Below, in pieces: positions 57,353 to 64,000 of a DNA stretch of 64,000 bases (within the stretch, counting starts at the first letter, position 1; every line of letters starts with the position of its first letter). A model generated the notes under the pieces. The model ran no database searches. It was given only the letters and a program-made list of their open reading frames with translations, and had not been told where the DNA came from. Location: positions 877-64,876 of the IMG/VR virus record IMGVR_UViG_3300035691_000004. One strand, given 5' to 3'. The translations under genes and the position numbers were made by a program. The DNA comes from a virus. Its lineage: Duplodnaviria > Caudoviricetes.

Positions 57353-58479
57353 AGATGTATTCTCGTCGTGACGTCCTGCGTGCTCCGGTGGGGCTTGGCT
57401 TGGGGTTGGGGCTTGGCATCGGCTCGGGCGGTGGACCAAGCGGCCCGGCGGCATTCGTCTCCGGCTTTGGCGCGATCGGTGAATTCGCGATCGGACAATC
57501 CCCTATCGGCACCGCTGGTTCTCCAGTCGCCGCGCTCCGCCAGGCTGGAAACAACTGGTTCAACGACAACGTCACATTCTCGGCGCAGGGCACCAACCCC
57601 AACGACTTCGTAAGGCATGACGGCTTTTCCCGCGTCTCGTTCATAACCAGCGACACGAGCATCATCGTCGAGGCAGTTCCGAGTCACCCGAGCGACCAGG
57701 ACAGCAACTCGATCGCGCTCTACGTCAACGGCGTCTTCAATCAGACGATCGCCTTCGACGGTACGGTGAACGTGCGCCAGCAGAAGACGATCACACTGCC
57801 TGCCGGCGCGAGCAAGACCATCGAGCTTTGGGAGGGGCCATCGGCGTTCGGAGCTTCGTTAACTGCGCTATCGTTCCTGGGGTCGGTCACGCCAAAGATC
57901 ACGCCGACGCGGCGCCTCTCGATTTACGGCGACTCGATTTCGCAGGGCTACTACGGCATCCCCAGAAGCAACGGATGGGCGCCGCAGATGCGATTTGGCA
58001 CACGCTTCGACGGTGTGCGCTGCGGCGGCGCGAGTGGGCAAAGCCTCAAGGCGGTGGGCACGACCGGTGGACAGCAAGATACTCTGGTCGCCGAGATCGT
58101 GTCGACGCTGGACGGCTCGGTCGAAAACGTCGTCGTCATCGCGCTAGGCACCAACGACTACCACTCGTCGCTCTGGTCGGCGGCATCGTTTGGCACGGCC
58201 TACGCCTCGACGCTAGACAAGCTGATCGCGGCATGCTCCGCGCAGATATTCTGTCTCGGACAGTTCGTCTCGACCGAGACCGGCAACAACACATTCGGCG
58301 CGGGCAACGACCAGGCGGCGTACGACTCGCAGATCTCCACGGCTGCGGGCGCACGATCGTCTCGCTGCACCTACATCAACGGCCAGCCAATGATGCTCGT
58401 CGGCGACCTGTTCGACAGCTTGCACCCAGCGAACGCTGGGCACGCGAAAGCTAAGACGGCAATCGCGGCGATTGTTTGA
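57349..58479 (+). CDS. SGNH/GDSL hydrolase with Tat-like N-terminus
   Basis: GDSI, GTND, DSLHP; SRRDVL followed by a hydrophobic Gly/Leu run. Confidence 0.85.
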   Translation: MKMYSRRDVLRAPVGLGLGLGLGIGSGGGPSGPAAFVSGFGAIGEFAIGQSPIGTAGSPVAALRQAGNNWFNDNVTFSAQGTNPNDFVRHDGFSRVSFITSDTSIIVEAVPSHPSDQDSNSIALYVNGVFNQTIAFDGTVNVRQQKTITLPAGASKTIELWEGPSAFGASLTALSFLGSVTPKITPTRRLSIYGDSISQGYYGIPRSNGWAPQMRFGTRFDGVRCGGASGQSLKAVGTTGGQQDTLVAEIVSTLDGSVENVVVIALGTNDYHSSLWSAASFGTAYASTLDKLIAACSAQIFCLGQFVSTETGNNTFGAGNDQAAYDSQISTAAGARSSRCTYINGQPMMLVGDLFDSLHPANAGHAKAKTAIAAIV

Positions 58480-58486
58480 GGAAAAT

Positions 58487-59821
58487 ATGACGTTCAAATT
58501 CGCAGACCGCACCAAAGAGACCACCACCACTACCGGCACCGGCGCGGTTTCGCTGCTTGGCGCGGCGTCGGGCTTTCAGACGTTCCAGGCGTCGCTCGCG
58601 GACCAGGACCGCTGCTACTACATGATCCAGGGGCAGAGCAGCGCCGAGTGGGAGATGGGAGTTGGTCAGCTCAATACGGCTGGGCCCACACTGACTCGCG
58701 AGTTCGTCATTGCGTCGAGCAATGCGAATGCGCTGGTGAACTTCAGCGCGGGCACTAAGGACGTCGTGCTCACGCCCGATGCTCTCCACTACGGCACGCA
58801 TTCCGCGTTCTTCGGTGACGGCTCAGATGGCAACCTGACCGCGTCTTCCGGCACCACCACGCTCACCGCGGATGCTTTCTACCGCAACGTGACGCTCACT
58901 GGCACGGCGTCGATCGACTGCAACGGCTTCATGCTGTTCGTGTCGGAGTGTCTCGACCTATCGAACGCGCCGGCCGGAGCCATCATCTGCGGCACCGGCG
59001 GCGCGGGTGGCAATGGTGTCAACAACGGCACCGCCGGGACTTCCGGTGCCAACAAGGTCGGGACCACGGTCGGTACGGCGGGCGTCGCGGGTGGCGCCGG
59101 CGGCACGAGTTCGACGACCGCCGGCGGGCAGGGCGGCGTTTCCGTGGCCGGCAATGTCGGGGGACTGGCGGGTAGCTCGGGGGCTGGTGGCTCCGGCGCC
59201 GGTGGAGCCGGAGGAGCGCTTCGCGCGACTGTAGCGCTGCAAGCGCGAAGCGTGCCAAAGGTATTCCTGATTCCGCTCGCGCAGGCGGCGACCATGATCT
59301 CGGGCGGCTGCTCGGGCGGCGGCGGCGGCGCGGGCGGCGGCACTGGCGCTGCAAACGGCGCGGGCGGCGGCGGCGGCGGCGCAGGCGGCAATGTCGGATT
59401 CATATCGGCCAGGTTCATTAAGCGCGGCGCGTCCACGGCCGCGAGCTGCATTCAGAATCGCGGCGGGGCTGGCGGCGGCGCGGCTACTACCGCGCAAAAC
59501 AACTCGGGTGGTGGCGGCGGAGGAGCAGGCGGTGGTGGTGGCTGGATCTTCCTTGCTTACCAGGCGCTGCTCGGCACCACGGCCGCGAACGCGATCGATG
59601 CATCGGGCGGAGCAGGCGGCGCTGGTGGCAACGGCCAGGGCACGGGCATCGGCGGCAACGGTGGCGATGGCGGAGCTGGAGGGCGGATCTACAAGTGCGA
59701 CCTCGGAAGGCCAGAAAATTCGAGCATGACGACGGGTTCAGCTGGCACGGCCGGCGGCGCGGCGTCTGGTGTCACCGGCGGCACGAGCGGCGCCGGGAAT
59801 TCACTGCGCGTGAATCTCTAG
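58487..59821 (+). CDS. Glycine-rich tail fibre protein
   Basis: ADR.KETTTTTGTG..WE.G.G N-domain, FFGDGSDG, poly-Gly. Confidence 0.8.
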   Translation: MTFKFADRTKETTTTTGTGAVSLLGAASGFQTFQASLADQDRCYYMIQGQSSAEWEMGVGQLNTAGPTLTREFVIASSNANALVNFSAGTKDVVLTPDALHYGTHSAFFGDGSDGNLTASSGTTTLTADAFYRNVTLTGTASIDCNGFMLFVSECLDLSNAPAGAIICGTGGAGGNGVNNGTAGTSGANKVGTTVGTAGVAGGAGGTSSTTAGGQGGVSVAGNVGGLAGSSGAGGSGAGGAGGALRATVALQARSVPKVFLIPLAQAATMISGGCSGGGGGAGGGTGAANGAGGGGGGAGGNVGFISARFIKRGASTAASCIQNRGGAGGGAATTAQNNSGGGGGGAGGGGGWIFLAYQALLGTTAANAIDASGGAGGAGGNGQGTGIGGNGGDGGAGGRIYKCDLGRPENSSMTTGSAGTAGGAASGVTGGTSGAGNSLRVNL

Positions 59822-59958
59822 CACTAGCCAGAACCCGCTCAGACCCTCGCAGCAGCGCATCACCAGCGCCAACGCCGTGCTCCCCTCCGCGGTTTGGGTC
59901 TTCGCTGGTGGTGCGCCGCTTTGAGCGCCTGAGCTTTTTCACTGAAGGAAAAACGACC

Positions 59959-60162
59959 ATGCAAAACCCCGTCATTCGCTTCCTCGAGACCGCTGCCGCC
60001 GCAGGGGCAGCGCTTGCGATTCAAGTTTTCGTTGCGCCAAAGCACCCGGTGGAAGCGGCTGGCCTTCTCACGGCCCTCGCTGGGCTGTGCACGCAATACG
60101 GCGTGAGCTTCATGCGCCCGGTGCAACCCGAGAAGCCAGCTGCAACCGAGGACGCCAAGTGA
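59959..60162 (+). CDS. Holin candidate
   Basis: 67 aa, two TM segments, charged C-terminus, AAGGA SD. Confidence 0.55.
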   Translation: MQNPVIRFLETAAAAGAALAIQVFVAPKHPVEAAGLLTALAGLCTQYGVSFMRPVQPEKPAATEDAK

Positions 60163-60419
60163 CCGCCCGCGCGCTACTCGCCCTCGTGGCGCTGGCCATC
60201 TTCGTGGCGACGCTGAGCTGCTCCCCCGCTGCAAATCAAAAGCTCGTCTCCGAAGGCAAGGAGGTCGCCGAGTGCCTGACCTCGCCCGCGGTGCAATCCT
60301 GTCTCAAGGGCTTCGGCTGCTCCGGTCCCGAGAAGCAGTGCGCCGTTGCGAAAGCGGCCTACGAACTGAGCTGTCTCGAGTTGTGTAAGGCGCAACCGGT
60401 GGACGCGGGGACGGACTGA
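60159..60419 (+). CDS. Cys-rich lipoprotein
   Basis: TLSC lipobox. Confidence 0.6.
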   Translation: MTARALLALVALAIFVATLSCSPAANQKLVSEGKEVAECLTSPAVQSCLKGFGCSGPEKQCAVAKAAYELSCLELCKAQPVDAGTD

Positions 60420-60421
60420 CG

Positions 60422-60553
60422 ATGCTCGCCCGCGCCCTTAGCCTCGCAGTTGGCGGGGTTGCTCTTGGGATTGCCGCTGCTGTCGTTGCTGGGGCTTACG
60501 TGTGCGGTGGAGCGGTGGCTCTGGTCGGGAGGGCGAGGGAGTGGACGGTGTGA
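60422..60553 (+). CDS. Small hydrophobic peptide
   Basis: 43 aa read by hand (MLARALSLAVGG...), GTGA overlap downstream. Confidence 0.45.
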   Translation: MLARALSLAVGGVALGIAAAVVAGAYVCGGAVALVGRAREWTV

Positions 60554-60795
60554 TCGGCCAGCTCGTCGCCACCTTCCTAGCCGGCGCCGCCAATGAGGGC
60601 GTTGCGGTGTTTTGGGTCCACTTTTCGGAGCGAGGGCGCCCTTTCGCTACGGGCTTTTGCGCGATGATTCAGGCTGCCGCTGTAGTCGTCGGCGTTGGCG
60701 AATCGGTGCATGACTGGCGGCTCGCTCCTGCGTTCGTGCTCGGATATGGCGTCGGCGCAGCGAGCGGTGTCCTGGCTAAGCGAGGCAGACGATGA
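60550..60795 (+). CDS. Small membrane protein
   Basis: Hydrophobic; FVLGYGVG...G. Confidence 0.55.
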   Translation: MIGQLVATFLAGAANEGVAVFWVHFSERGRPFATGFCAMIQAAAVVVGVGESVHDWRLAPAFVLGYGVGAASGVLAKRGRR

Positions 60796-61031
60796 CCATG
60801 ACATCCACCCTCCGTCGCCTCGTCCTCTGGCTCGACCGCTCTCCTCTCGCTGTACCAGCGGGGATAACGATCATGCTCGTTGGGGTGGTGGTGCCGGCGA
60901 TTGTCGAGACGTTGCGGGGGAAAGAGGCCAGCGGCACCTCCGATGCTTCGGGTGAGGGTCGGCTCCCCACGCGAAGGGGCTGGGCGCCGCGGCCGAGCGT
61001 CTATCGGGATGTAGCGCCAAGGAGTTGCTAG
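60792..61031 (+). CDS. Small membrane protein
   Basis: One TM segment, ATGA overlap. Confidence 0.45.
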   Translation: MTMTSTLRRLVLWLDRSPLAVPAGITIMLVGVVVPAIVETLRGKEASGTSDASGEGRLPTRRGWAPRPSVYRDVAPRSC

Positions 61032-61036
61032 GAAAA

Positions 61037-61816
61037 ATGCTCGCCACCTACACCTCCGACGCTCTGACCGTCCTCTCATTCGAGGAAGCGCGCGACGCTG
61101 TCCGCTGGGCGCTCAAGGCGCAGACGGGCACGCTGCCCATGACCGACGTGCTCGCCTTGGCGTTGGCCAAGACAGCGCTCGAGACGGGCCGCTGGACGAA
61201 GATCCATCGCTACAACTTCGGCAACGTGAAGGCCGGCGAGACCTACTCCGGGCAGTACACGTGTTTCGCCTGCGGTGAGAACCTCGCTGACGGCGAGCAC
61301 TGGTTTGAGCCGGACGGCATGGACCGCAATAAGCGGACCGGCGTTGTCACCGGCCAAGGAACGCTCGCGGTCCCACCCGGGCATCCGCAGACGCGCTTCC
61401 GCGCCTACGCGAACGAGTTCGACGGCGCCGGCGCCTACGTGTCTTTCGTCGCCGGCGGCCGCTACGCCCAGGCCTGGCTGCGCTTGCTCGCTGGTGATGC
61501 CGCGGGCTACGTCCACGCGCTCAAGCTCGCCGGCTACTTCACGGCACCCGAGGAGCCCTACCGCGCAGGCGTCGTTTCGCTGCAGCGTGAGTTCCTCGGC
61601 AAGCTCCGCGGCGAAACCCCGGAGCCGGCGGACGTCGACCACACTTCGGCCATGGCCTGCACGGCCGACGGATTGCGCCTATTCACGCTGGACCAGTGGC
61701 TCGCCACGCTCGAGCCCGATCTCGAATCCCCCGCCGAGAACCTGAACGAGCTCTCCCGAGAGGAAGCAGACACCGACCCGGCGCCACCGCCGAGTGAAGA
61801 GGAGCCCAACACGTGA
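61037..61816 (+). CDS. Endolysin, GH73/FlgJ-like glucosaminidase
   Basis: LETG.W, YNFGNVKA, FRAY, AGYFT. Confidence 0.85.
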   Translation: MLATYTSDALTVLSFEEARDAVRWALKAQTGTLPMTDVLALALAKTALETGRWTKIHRYNFGNVKAGETYSGQYTCFACGENLADGEHWFEPDGMDRNKRTGVVTGQGTLAVPPGHPQTRFRAYANEFDGAGAYVSFVAGGRYAQAWLRLLAGDAAGYVHALKLAGYFTAPEEPYRAGVVSLQREFLGKLRGETPEPADVDHTSAMACTADGLRLFTLDQWLATLEPDLESPAENLNELSREEADTDPAPPPSEEEPNT

Positions 61817-62421
61817 CGGACTTTGCCGCTATCGAGCATGTAGCCCAAGCCACTGCAGACCGCGTGCGCACTGTTGCGCGCGAGGAATTCAAAGAGCTGC
61901 TCTCGGAAGTGGAGAGCCGGCTCGGTGGGAAAATCGACGAGCTCAAGTCGGCCGTCGGGGACCTTCGCAGCCAGGTCACGACCCTGCAGCTCCGGCACGG
62001 CCCGCGCGTGATCGCCGTCGGCCCGAACGACAAGCAAGCCCGAGTCCTGGTGGTCGACGACAACGTCCCGCTCCTGCACGCGTTCCGCGCGCAGCTCGAG
62101 AACTCAGGGCTCGAGGTCCTGAGCACCGACACCGTCTCGGAAGCCGCCCGCTACCTTCAAGACGATCCGGCCGTCGAAGTTGCGATCGTGGACATCGCGA
62201 TGCCCAAGAACGGCCACACGCTGCTCGAGCACGTGAGGCAAAACCACCCGGGCGTCGAAGTGATCATGACCAGTGGCATCGATCTCGACCCCGACCGCGC
62301 GCGCAGAGCCGGCGCCTTCGGGTTCCTACCGAAGCCGTTCGAGCTCACCCAGGCGGTCCTGATGATCGAGAAGGCAGCCGAGCACCGCCGCTTGAAGCTC
62401 GCCGCCGGCCTCCGAGGGTAG
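61813..62421 (+). CDS. CheY-like receiver-domain protein with N-terminal coiled coil
   Basis: VLVVDD, IVDIAMP, IMTSG, FLPKPF. Confidence 0.92.
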   Translation: MTDFAAIEHVAQATADRVRTVAREEFKELLSEVESRLGGKIDELKSAVGDLRSQVTTLQLRHGPRVIAVGPNDKQARVLVVDDNVPLLHAFRAQLENSGLEVLSTDTVSEAARYLQDDPAVEVAIVDIAMPKNGHTLLEHVRQNHPGVEVIMTSGIDLDPDRARRAGAFGFLPKPFELTQAVLMIEKAAEHRRLKLAAGLRG

Positions 62422-62423
62422 CC

Positions 62424-63248
62424 GTGGCCGAGGGGAAACCGCCCAGGCCGGACGGAGCCGGGCGCTTTGACCAGCCCTTCCGGAAACGCCCCGCCGCGCC
62501 CGTCAGGCTGCCCAGCGCTGAGGCTTTGCCGGAGCCGCCGCCAGTGCCGATGCGGGACCGGAAAGACACCGTAAAGGTCACGGTAGCGCCGCCCAGCGCT
62601 CTACCTGCGCCAACCTGGCGCGAAGAGGTGACGGGGCGCGGCATCCCCCACCCCCTGAGCGACCACCCACCCCGGAGCGTGAGCCCGCTGCCGTTCGAGC
62701 TCGACGAGAGCCCGAGCAAGGTCCACTCGTCGCGTGAAGTCGCCAGGCTGAAAGCGGAAGTCCAAGACCAGAAGGACCGAGCCGACGCCGCCGAGCGGGC
62801 TCAGCTCGAGCTCCAGAAGCGCCGCGCACCCGTCGACAGCGAGCCGCCGCGCAAGCGTTCGCACGCGGTCCTCAAGGCGCTGGGGGTCATCTTGGGCGCC
62901 GTCCTGGTGACCGTCTCGGGTTATTTTGGGATCGACCTGAAGACTCGGCTAGAGCCGAAGGTGGAGGCCACGAAGGCCGTTCAAGCAGCCGCGCAGGCAG
63001 ACCTCGACAAAGCCGTGACGCGCGTCTCGCAGGTCGAGCAATACCTTCGGCTCAAGGCCGCGCGCGATGCCTGCCTCCGCCGCCAGGAGCGCGACGCCAT
63101 CGCCCGCGGCACCGGATACGACCTCGTAGAGCTCGAGCGCGGCGGAACCGAATGGGCCGAGCAGAGCAGCCCGAGCCGGCACAAGCCAACGGGAGCGCCC
63201 ACCTACTACACGAAAGAGCGGTGTCCGGACGAGCCGGCGACGCCGTAG
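62424..63248 (+). CDS. Membrane-anchored coiled-coil protein (possible spanin-like)
   Basis: GTG 62424; Pro-rich N-terminus, TM ALGVILGAVLVTVSGYFG, coiled coil, two Cys. Confidence 0.55.
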   Translation: MAEGKPPRPDGAGRFDQPFRKRPAAPVRLPSAEALPEPPPVPMRDRKDTVKVTVAPPSALPAPTWREEVTGRGIPHPLSDHPPRSVSPLPFELDESPSKVHSSREVARLKAEVQDQKDRADAAERAQLELQKRRAPVDSEPPRKRSHAVLKALGVILGAVLVTVSGYFGIDLKTRLEPKVEATKAVQAAAQADLDKAVTRVSQVEQYLRLKAARDACLRRQERDAIARGTGYDLVELERGGTEWAEQSSPSRHKPTGAPTYYTKERCPDEPATP

Positions 63249-63250
63249 TG

Positions 63251-63300
63251 GACACTTTCGACCTCAGGTAGACACTTCCGGAAACTGGCGGACACTTTCG
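63251..63300. repeat. Three GACACTT(T/C)CG direct repeats with exact 20-bp period
   Basis: Copies at 63251, 63271, 63291. Confidence 0.85.
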
Positions 63301-63316
63301 CCAGATTAGCCGCTTC

Positions 63317-63356
63317 GCCCCGTCTGACCGGAAGGTCGGCGGGGCTTTTTGTTTTT
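63317..63356 (+). terminator. Intrinsic terminator ending the late operon
   Basis: GCCCCG..GACC-GGAA-GGTC..CGGGGC then TTTTTGTTTTT. Confidence 0.85.
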
Positions 63357-63562
63357 GTGGTCGTCGAATCTAACAACGCGCCACCTGTAGGAGGCCGTGA
63401 GCGGAGCCGCGTAATACTCGGCCTCTTCCTTGGTCGGGAAACCAGTTGGGAAGCGGAGCCAGCGTGGCCCGTTATGATTGGACTGGTACTCGATGAACCA
63501 GACCTCATCGTGCATACGGCTCTCGCGGCTTGCGGTGGGGGTTCGCGAGCGCATCGAATTTG

Positions 63563-64000
63563 TCAGCCACCGATGCCCCCGAGCTTCGCTAGCGCGGCGC
63601 GGCGCGCGATGCTCACCTTTTCCCTGGCTTGCGGTTGTTTCGCGCCATTGCGCTCACCGCGTGCCGTTTTTCCGTGGCGATTTCGATCCTCCGCGTTCTG
63701 CTTGGCGGTTCCCCAGGCGAGATTTGCGTGGCTATTGTCCAGCCGATTGCCATTGAGGTGGCGCACCTGTTGTCCGGGAAGTGGTCTCCCAAGGAAAGTC
63801 AGGGCTACCAACTTGTGGACCGCCTGGCTTTTTCTCCGACCGTTGGCCAGCAGTCTCACCCGAAGATACCCTTTGCCGTTCATCGTCTGCTGCATCTTGC
63901 GCGTTCCGTATCCGCGCCAATTAGTGCCCAGAGAAAGCACTTCGCCGTTGCGAGTTATCGCGTAATCAGGGAATCCGGGTATCGGCGTCGCTTCCTTCGC
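63563..64000 (-). CDS. NUMOD4-like HNH endonuclease 5, 5' end outside the window
   Basis: IPGFPDYAITRNGEV, VHKLVA..F, VRHLNGNRLDN...NL.WGT..N. Confidence 0.9.
   Translation of the reverse strand, partial: AKEATPIPGFPDYAITRNGEVLSLGTNWRGYGTRKMQQTMNGKGYLRVRLLANGRRKSQAVHKLVALTFLGRPLPGQQVRHLNGNRLDNSHANLAWGTAKQNAEDRNRHGKTARGERNGAKQPQAREKVSIARRAALAKLGGIGG

Larger units (their letters stand above)
1..64000. mobile_element. Temperate bacteriophage (myovirus, Mu-like contractile tail), near-complete genome in excised/virion configuration
   Basis: Ordered terminase-portal-capsid-sheath-tape measure-baseplate-lysis modules, cI/cro switch, tyrosine integrase with intact attP; no host housekeeping genes. 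Confidence 0.95.

Noticed and set aside
50072-59821. Diversity-generating retroelement acting on tail fibres
   Set aside because: No reverse transcriptase and no adenine-specific TR/VR pair seen
63251-63300. CRISPR mini-array
   Set aside because: 10-bp repeats with 10-bp spacers are far too short, and no cas genes are present

Overview
The window is most of the genome of a high-GC temperate myovirus. The host is probably a myxobacterium (Polyangiales-like), inferred from a Gly/Ser/Cys-rich lipoprotein and an Mx8-like integration module. Layout: leftward early operon (1-8235; RecE-like nuclease, HTH, 2OG-Fe(II)-like protein), lambda-like cI/cro switch with a recognisable 16-bp operator (8250-9410), rightward early operon (xis/int, three DNA methylases, RusA, initiator, primase, DnaB), head genes (terminase, portal, GroES-like protein, scaffold, capsid), a Mu-like contractile tail, and a lysis region that includes a CheY-like receiver protein. 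attP (3' half of tRNA-Leu(TAA)) lies inside an intact int, so this is the non-integrated configuration. The most unusual signal concerns the four free-standing HNH genes whose flanks are visible. Each sits at the 5' end of a target gene, with a copy of that gene's N-terminus upstream and a recoded copy downstream (two clear cases, two short ones). This suggests splicing-free homing by replacement of the gene start. All product calls rest on motifs and synteny read by eye; no database searches were run.
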